This document shows, piece after piece, positions 16,878 to 21,712 of a DNA stretch of 21,712 bases. The stretch's first letter is position 1; each line of letters opens with the position of its first letter. The translations under genes were made by a program, and so were the position numbers. The stretch lies in contig BTVJ01000111.1 of assembly GCA_045863395.1 (NCBI GenBank), forward strand, positions 1-21,712. Reading direction: 5' to 3'. The notes beneath the pieces are model-generated. The model did no database searches. It had not been told where the DNA came from and worked only from the letters and a program-made list of their open reading frames with translations. Source of the stretch: Myxococcales bacterium (lineage in GTDB: Bacteria; Myxococcota_A; UBA9042; JABWCM01; BTVJ01).

Positions 16878-16891
16878 TTGATCCAGATCAA
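16878..16891. promoter_or_regulatory. FNR/CRP-family binding site (FNR box)
   Basis: TTGAT-CCAG-ATCAA is a perfect match to TTGAT-N4-ATCAA, intergenic, about 70 nt upstream of the molybdoenzyme start. Confidence 0.8.
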
Positions 16892-16959
16892 TCCGCATAA
16901 ACCCATGCGGAGGTCCGCTGGCTCCCTCCCGCCGGACGCGCCGGAGGAGGACAGAGACC

Positions 16960-19188
16960 ATGGGGACGACACGCAGGGACTTCATCAAGCTGAGCGCCAC
17001 CGGGGCCGGTGCGCTGGCTCTGGGCAGCGGGCTCCTGACCGACTGGTGGGGGCTCCCCGCCCACGCCCACGCGGACCCGGGCACCGACGGCGACCGGGTG
17101 GTCCCCACGTTCTGCGAGCTGTGCTTCTGGAAGTGCGGTGTCCTTGCCCACGTGAAGGACGGCAAGGTCACGAAGATCACCGGGAACCCCAAGCACCCGC
17201 TCTCGAAAGGGCGGCTTTGCCCGCGCGGCGTCGGCGGAACGGGGCTCCTCTATGACCCCGACCGCCTCAAGACCCCGCTCATCCGCACCCGCCAGCGCGG
17301 CGAGGACACCTTCGAGGCGGTGAGCTGGGACAGGGCCCTCGACCACGTCGCCGAGAACCTCCTGCGGGTGAAAGAGAAGCACGGCCCCGAGGCGCTGGCC
17401 CTGTTCAGCCACGGGTTCGGCGGGTCCTGGTTCAACGTGCTCATGAAGGCCTACGGCTCGCCCAACATCGGCCAGCCCTCCTACGCCCAGTGCCGCGGCC
17501 CCCGCGAGGCGGCCTTCTCGCTGACGTATGGTACCGGCCTCGGCTCCCCGGAGCCGCTGGACATCGCCAACACCCGCTGCCTGACCCTCATCGGCTCCCA
17601 CCTGGGCGAGAACATGCACAACACCCAGGTGCAGGAGCTGGCCGACGCGGTCGGGGCCGGCGCCGAGCTGGTGGTGGTGGACCCGCGCTTCAGCGTGGCG
17701 GCCGGCAAGGCGCGCTACTGGCTGCCGATCAAGCCGGGCACCGACACCGCGCTGCTGCTCGCCTGGATGCACGTGATCATCGGCGAGCGGCGCTACGACG
17801 CGGACTTCGTTACGGCTTATACGAGCGGCTTCGAGGCGCTGCGCGAGCACGTGGCAGACAAGACCCCCGAGTGGGCGTACCCGCTGACCGGCATCGAGCC
17901 GGGGCTGATTCGCGAGACGGCGCGCTTCATCTCCTCGCACCGGCCTGCCTCCCTGGTGCACCCGGGGCGCCACGCGACCTGGTACGGCGACGACACCCAG
18001 CGCATGCGGGCGGTGGCCATCCTGGCAGCGCTCCTCGGGAGCTGGGGGCGCCGGGGCGGCTACATCACGCAGAGCGCCATGCCGCTGCCGCCGTACCCGT
18101 TCCCGATGCCGAAGCACGAGATGCGCGGGGTGGCGGACCGCCCGAAGGAGGGCGGCTGGCCGTTCGCCGAGGAGACCCTGGCAAACGGACTGCGCCTCGC
18201 CACGTTCCCCGGCAAGGGCGCCTACGACATCAAGGCGTGGCTGGTCTACGGGACGAACCTCATCCAGAGCCTCCCGCGCCCCGCGGAGACCATCGAGGCC
18301 ATTCAGCACCTGGACTTCCTGGTGACCGTCGACGTGCTCCCTGCGGAGATCGTGGGCTGGAGCGACGTGGTGCTGCCCGAGGCCACCTACCTGGAGCGGG
18401 AGGACGACCTCTGGGCGCCGGCGTACAAGGAGCCCTTCGTCGCCGTGCGGCAGCGGGCGGTGGAGCCGCTCCACGAGAGCAAGCCCGGGTGGTGGATCGC
18501 GAAGGAGCTGGGCCGGCGCATGGGCCTCGGCGCGACCTTCGACTTCGAGGACGCCTTGGCAGTGGTTCGGGCGCGGGCCGGGGCGGGCGGCTACGACGTG
18601 GACGAGCTCCTGACGACGGGCGTGGTGCTGGGGAAGGCGGCGCCGACGTGCGAGGAGGAGGGGGCGCCCATCCCCATCTTCACGGACAGCGGAAAGGTGG
18701 AGCTGAGGAGCGAGGCGCTGGAGAAGGCTGGCTTCGACGCGCTGCCGGCCTTCTACCCGCAGGAGGAGCCCCCGCCGGGCATGTTCCGGCTGATCACGGG
18801 GCGTGCGGCGCAGCACACCTTCGGGCGCACGGCCAACAACCGGCTCCTGGCGCAGACCTACGGCGAGAACGACGTGTGGGTCAACGCGGCGGCAGCCAGG
18901 GCCATCCCTGGGCCCGGGCGCCCGCTCCGCACGGGTGATCGCGTCGTGCTGGTCAACCAGGACGGCGTGCGGTCGCTGCCGGTGAAGGTGCGGGTCACCG
19001 AGCGCATCCGCGGTGACGCGGTCTACATGGTCCACGGGTGGGGCCACACGGCCAAGGGGTTGGGGTACGCGGCGGGGAAGGGAGCATCGGACAGCGAGCT
19101 GACCACGAGGTACGCGGTCGACCCCATCATGGGCGGGACGGGCACCGCGGTGAACTTCGTGCGGATCGAGGCGGAGGCGGTGGCATGA
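16960..19188 (+). CDS. psrA: Molybdopterin oxidoreductase catalytic subunit, polysulfide/thiosulfate reductase (PsrA/PhsA-like), Tat-exported
   Basis: Tat motif TRRDFIK; FS0 cluster CELCFWKC...GRLCPRG; probable Cys Mo ligand in SYAQCRGPR; PGTD; SDVVLPEATYLER; C-terminal dinucleotide-binding domain; GGAGGAGG RBS. Exact substrate is not determinable from sequence. Confidence 0.88.
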   Translation: MGTTRRDFIKLSATGAGALALGSGLLTDWWGLPAHAHADPGTDGDRVVPTFCELCFWKCGVLAHVKDGKVTKITGNPKHPLSKGRLCPRGVGGTGLLYDPDRLKTPLIRTRQRGEDTFEAVSWDRALDHVAENLLRVKEKHGPEALALFSHGFGGSWFNVLMKAYGSPNIGQPSYAQCRGPREAAFSLTYGTGLGSPEPLDIANTRCLTLIGSHLGENMHNTQVQELADAVGAGAELVVVDPRFSVAAGKARYWLPIKPGTDTALLLAWMHVIIGERRYDADFVTAYTSGFEALREHVADKTPEWAYPLTGIEPGLIRETARFISSHRPASLVHPGRHATWYGDDTQRMRAVAILAALLGSWGRRGGYITQSAMPLPPYPFPMPKHEMRGVADRPKEGGWPFAEETLANGLRLATFPGKGAYDIKAWLVYGTNLIQSLPRPAETIEAIQHLDFLVTVDVLPAEIVGWSDVVLPEATYLEREDDLWAPAYKEPFVAVRQRAVEPLHESKPGWWIAKELGRRMGLGATFDFEDALAVVRARAGAGGYDVDELLTTGVVLGKAAPTCEEEGAPIPIFTDSGKVELRSEALEKAGFDALPAFYPQEEPPPGMFRLITGRAAQHTFGRTANNRLLAQTYGENDVWVNAAAARAIPGPGRPLRTGDRVVLVNQDGVRSLPVKVRVTERIRGDAVYMVHGWGHTAKGLGYAAGKGASDSELTTRYAVDPIMGGTGTAVNFVRIEAEAVA

Positions 19189-19718
19189 GATACGGAATGA
19201 CCGTGGACACGCGGCGCTGCGTCGGGTGCAACGCCTGCGTCATCGCCTGCAAGACGGAGAACAAGCTCCCCGAGCAGGTCAACCGGGACTGGATCGTCGT
19301 GGAGACCCGGGGCGTGTTCCCCCACCTGAGCCAGGAGATCCGCTCGGAGCGGTGCATGCACTGCACGGACGCCCCCTGCGTGAGCGCGTGCCCGACCGGG
19401 GCGAGCCACATCGAGGACGGCGGCATCGTCATGGTCAGCCAGGAGAAGTGCACGGGCTGCAAGGCGTGCATCGCCGCGTGCCCGTATGAGGCGCGGTCCA
19501 TCCACCCGGACGGCTTCGCCGACAAGTGCACCTTCTGCCTGCACCGGGTCCAGCGGGGGCAGCTCCCGGCCTGCGTGGAGACCTGCCCCACCAAGGCGCT
19601 CACGTTCGGGGACCTGGACGACCCGGACAGCGACGTGGCGAAGGTCCTGCACGAGCGCAGGAGCAAGGTCCTGAAGTCCGAGCTTGGCACAAACCCCAAC
19701 GTCCACTTCCTGGTGTAG
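19185..19718 (+). CDS. psrB: 4Fe-4S dicluster electron-transfer subunit (PsrB/NrfC/DmsB-like)
   Basis: CVGCNACVIAC, CMHCTDAPCVSACP, CTGCKACIAACP and KCTFC...PACVETCP. ATG 19185 overlaps the psrA stop (ATGA) with GGAGG upstream. Confidence 0.92.
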   Translation: MRYGMTVDTRRCVGCNACVIACKTENKLPEQVNRDWIVVETRGVFPHLSQEIRSERCMHCTDAPCVSACPTGASHIEDGGIVMVSQEKCTGCKACIAACPYEARSIHPDGFADKCTFCLHRVQRGQLPACVETCPTKALTFGDLDDPDSDVAKVLHERRSKVLKSELGTNPNVHFLV

Positions 19719-19721
19719 GCC

Positions 19722-20237
19722 ATGAACCGAAGCGACACCTTCTGGAACCCCTACCTCGCCGGCGTGGCCCTCGGGCTCGTGCTGCTGGCGTCCTTCCTGG
19801 TCATGGGCAACGGCCTCGGCGCGTCCGGGGCCGCCAACCGCCTCGGCGTGGTCGCGGTGGACGCTGTCGCGCCGGGCCACGTCGCCGCCAACCCCCAGAT
19901 GGCGGCGGTCAAGGCGGACGGGGCGAGCCCGCTGGACGACTGGCTGGTCTTCGAGGTCGTCGGCGTGCTCCTCGGGGGCGCGGTGAGCGCCTATGCCGCG
20001 GGCCGCATGAAGCTCGGCGTGCTCCGGGGGCCCCGCATCTCGGTGACCTCGCGGCTTGCCTTCGCGGTGCTCGGCGGCGTGCTCATGGGCTTCGCGGCGC
20101 GGCTGGCGCGGGGCTGCACGTCGGGCCAGGCGCTCTCCGGCGGCGCGCTGCTCTCTGCCGGGAGCTGGGTGTTCATGCTCGCGGTCTTCGCCGGCGGCTA
20201 CGCCCTGGCGCACGTCATGAGGAGGCAGTGGACATGA
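19722..20237 (+). CDS. YeeE/YedE-family sulfur-transport membrane protein (half-size)
   Basis: WNPYLAGVALG, GLGASG, GGVLMGFAARLARGCTSG with conserved Cys; about 4 TM segments. Confidence 0.88.
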   Translation: MNRSDTFWNPYLAGVALGLVLLASFLVMGNGLGASGAANRLGVVAVDAVAPGHVAANPQMAAVKADGASPLDDWLVFEVVGVLLGGAVSAYAAGRMKLGVLRGPRISVTSRLAFAVLGGVLMGFAARLARGCTSGQALSGGALLSAGSWVFMLAVFAGGYALAHVMRRQWT

Positions 20238-21388
20238 TGCCCTTCGAGTGGTTGACGGGTGACGGTCGTCAAGTGGGCCTGGTGGTGGCCGTGGTCATCG
20301 GCTTCGCCTTCGGCTTCGTCCTGGAGCGGGCGGGCTTCGGCCGGGCCCCCAAGCTGGCCGCGCAGTTCTATCTGCACGACATGACCGTGTTCAAGGTGAT
20401 GTTCGGCGCCATCATCACGGCCATGGTGGGCCTGATGGTCGCCCATGCGGCTGGGGTCGCGGACCTGCGCGTCGTCGCGTCGTCGGCGGCGAGCAGCACG
20501 TACCTCTGGCCCATGCTGGCCGGCGGGCTCCTGCTGGGCACAGGCTTCATCGTCGCGGGCTACTGCCCCGGCACGTCGGCGGTGTCGGCCGCGTCGGGCA
20601 ACGTCGACGGCATGCTGACCTTCGGGGGCGTCGTCCTCGGGACCATCGTCTTCAACGAGGTATATCCGCTCATCGAGCAGTTCAACGCGAGCGGTGACCG
20701 GGGCCAGCTCTTCCTCTACGACGTGCTCGGGCTGCCGGCGCCGGTGCTCGCGGCGTTGGTGGTCGCCATGGCGCTGGCGATGTTCGTGGGGGCAGAGAAG
20801 GTCGAGGGCTGGGCGACCCGCCGCATGGGCTTGGTGGCTGCGCCTGCGCGCCCCGGCCGCCGCCTGGCCTTCGGGACCGTCAGCCTCCTCGCGGTGGCGG
20901 GCCTCGCGGGCCTGGCGATGCCGGGCGCCCCCAAGGCGGAGGTGGCGGCGCCGCCCGTGATCACCGCAGAGGCGCTGGCCCGCCGGGTGCTGGAGGCGCC
21001 GTGGACGGTGCGGGTGCTCGACCTTCGAGCGCGCGAGGCGTGCGCGGAGCAGCGGGTGCCCGGGTCGGAGTGCGTGGGCGACGGCATCGCGGAGCTGGGC
21101 CTCGCCGACGCCACCGACGGCCGCGACCTGGTGCTGGTGGGCGGCGCCCCGGAGGTCACCTACGCGGGCACCGTGCTCGTGCTCGACGGCGGCTTCGAGG
21201 CGTGGCGCGCCTTCGCGCTGACCCCGCCCGCGCCCCTCGCCGCCGACGCGACGCGCCAGGATCGGGAGGCCTGGGCCTTCCGCTCAGGGCTCCACGCGGC
21301 GATGACCGGCGTCAAGCAGGCCCCGCCGCCGCCCGCCGCGGCGCCGGCGGCGGCCCCGAAGAAGAAGAAGGGCGGCGGCTGCTCGTAG
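20234..21388 (+). CDS. YeeE/YedE-family membrane protein fused to a rhodanese-like domain and a Lys/Gly/Cys tail
   Basis: GFAFGFVLERAGF, DMTVFKVMF and GYCPGTS motifs; then VLDLR...RVPGS and VLDGGFEAW; ends PKKKKGGGCS. ATG 20234 overlaps the previous stop with GGAGG upstream. Confidence 0.85.
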   Translation: MMPFEWLTGDGRQVGLVVAVVIGFAFGFVLERAGFGRAPKLAAQFYLHDMTVFKVMFGAIITAMVGLMVAHAAGVADLRVVASSAASSTYLWPMLAGGLLLGTGFIVAGYCPGTSAVSAASGNVDGMLTFGGVVLGTIVFNEVYPLIEQFNASGDRGQLFLYDVLGLPAPVLAALVVAMALAMFVGAEKVEGWATRRMGLVAAPARPGRRLAFGTVSLLAVAGLAGLAMPGAPKAEVAAPPVITAEALARRVLEAPWTVRVLDLRAREACAEQRVPGSECVGDGIAELGLADATDGRDLVLVGGAPEVTYAGTVLVLDGGFEAWRAFALTPPAPLAADATRQDREAWAFRSGLHAAMTGVKQAPPPPAAAPAAAPKKKKGGGCS

Positions 21389-21490
21389 CTGCCCCGCAGG
21401 GACGCGGAGGGCGCGCAGGCGCTCTCCGGAGAGGGGCTGGCCGGAGCCGCCCCCCAGCGTAGCGCGGCGCCCCGGCGCCCGGAGGACACC

Positions 21491-21712
21491 ATGCTCGAAG
21501 TGGATCTGGCGCGCAGCAGCCACCTCATCGACCCGCAGCTCCACATCTGGGGCTGGGAGATCCCCGTGTATCTGTTCCTCGGCGGGGTGGCCGCCGGGCT
21601 GATGGTGATGACCGCGACCTTGGGCCTCCGCGATCCGGACGGCCAGCGCTCCCGCTGGGTGCGCCTGATGCCGCTGGCGGTGCCCGTGATCCTCTCGCTG
21701 GGCATGGGCGCG
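21491..21712 (+). CDS. nrfD: NrfD/PsrC-family membrane anchor subunit (3'-truncated by window edge; absent from the ORF track)
   Basis: GGAGGA RBS then ATG 21491; translates MLEVDLARSSHLIDPQLHIWGWEIPVYLFLGGVAAGLMV..., the NrfD N-terminal signature; frame is open to the window end. Confidence 0.88.
   Translation, partial: MLEVDLARSSHLIDPQLHIWGWEIPVYLFLGGVAAGLMVMTATLGLRDPDGQRSRWVRLMPLAVPVILSLGMGA

Noticed and set aside
689..19047. Other long overlapping ORFs (689-2428, 3644-5446, 8923-10782, 10526-12277, 13595-15835, 13612-15501, 16888-19047)
   Set aside because: Each overlaps a motif-supported gene in another frame or strand and has the biased composition of a non-coding frame.
19526..20233. 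N-terminal extension of the 620-aa ORF (likewise 19038-19184 for the Fe-S subunit)
   Set aside because: Alternative-frame overlap with the upstream genes; RBS-supported starts lie at 20234 and 19185.
21422..21433. Palindrome CTCTCCGGAGAG between the YeeE fusion and nrfD
   Set aside because: Short, no T-tract and no second copy; could be chance.
21380..21490. Stop-codon recoding (selenocysteine) at the GGGCS tail or elsewhere in the psr operon
   Set aside because: The tail stop is TAG and the Cys is TGC; the TGA codons in the operon are ordinary ATGA overlaps; the probable Mo ligand is a Cys codon.
1..21712. CRISPR arrays, tRNA/rRNA genes, IS elements
   Set aside because: No regularly spaced repeats, cloverleaf structures, or transposase/integrase motifs seen; intergenic gaps are short.

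Overview
Very GC-rich bacterial window; the Hanks-type kinase with DUF4388-like region, PP2C phosphatase and Cys-rich lipoproteins suggest a Myxococcota-like organism (inference). Left to right: 3' end of a type I restriction subunit (hsdR); a Cys-rich lipoprotein; a membrane-anchored beta-propeller-like protein; a minus-strand block encoding a RavA/MoxR-type AAA+ ATPase, a vWA protein, a radical SAM enzyme and a PaaK/CapK-like adenylate-forming enzyme, with a candidate leaderless promoter and terminator; a POT/PTR-family transporter divergent from a plus-strand run of lipoprotein-type TldD, PP2C phosphatase, small lipoprotein and multidomain Ser/Thr kinase; a secreted CAP-domain protein; and an operon behind a perfect FNR-type box: psrA-like molybdoenzyme, psrB-like Fe-S subunit, two YeeE/YedE proteins (the second fused to a rhodanese-like fold and a KKKKGGGCS tail) and the start of an NrfD/PsrC subunit. 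No RNA genes, CRISPR arrays or mobile elements were seen. All family calls come from motif recognition by eye, not from database searches.
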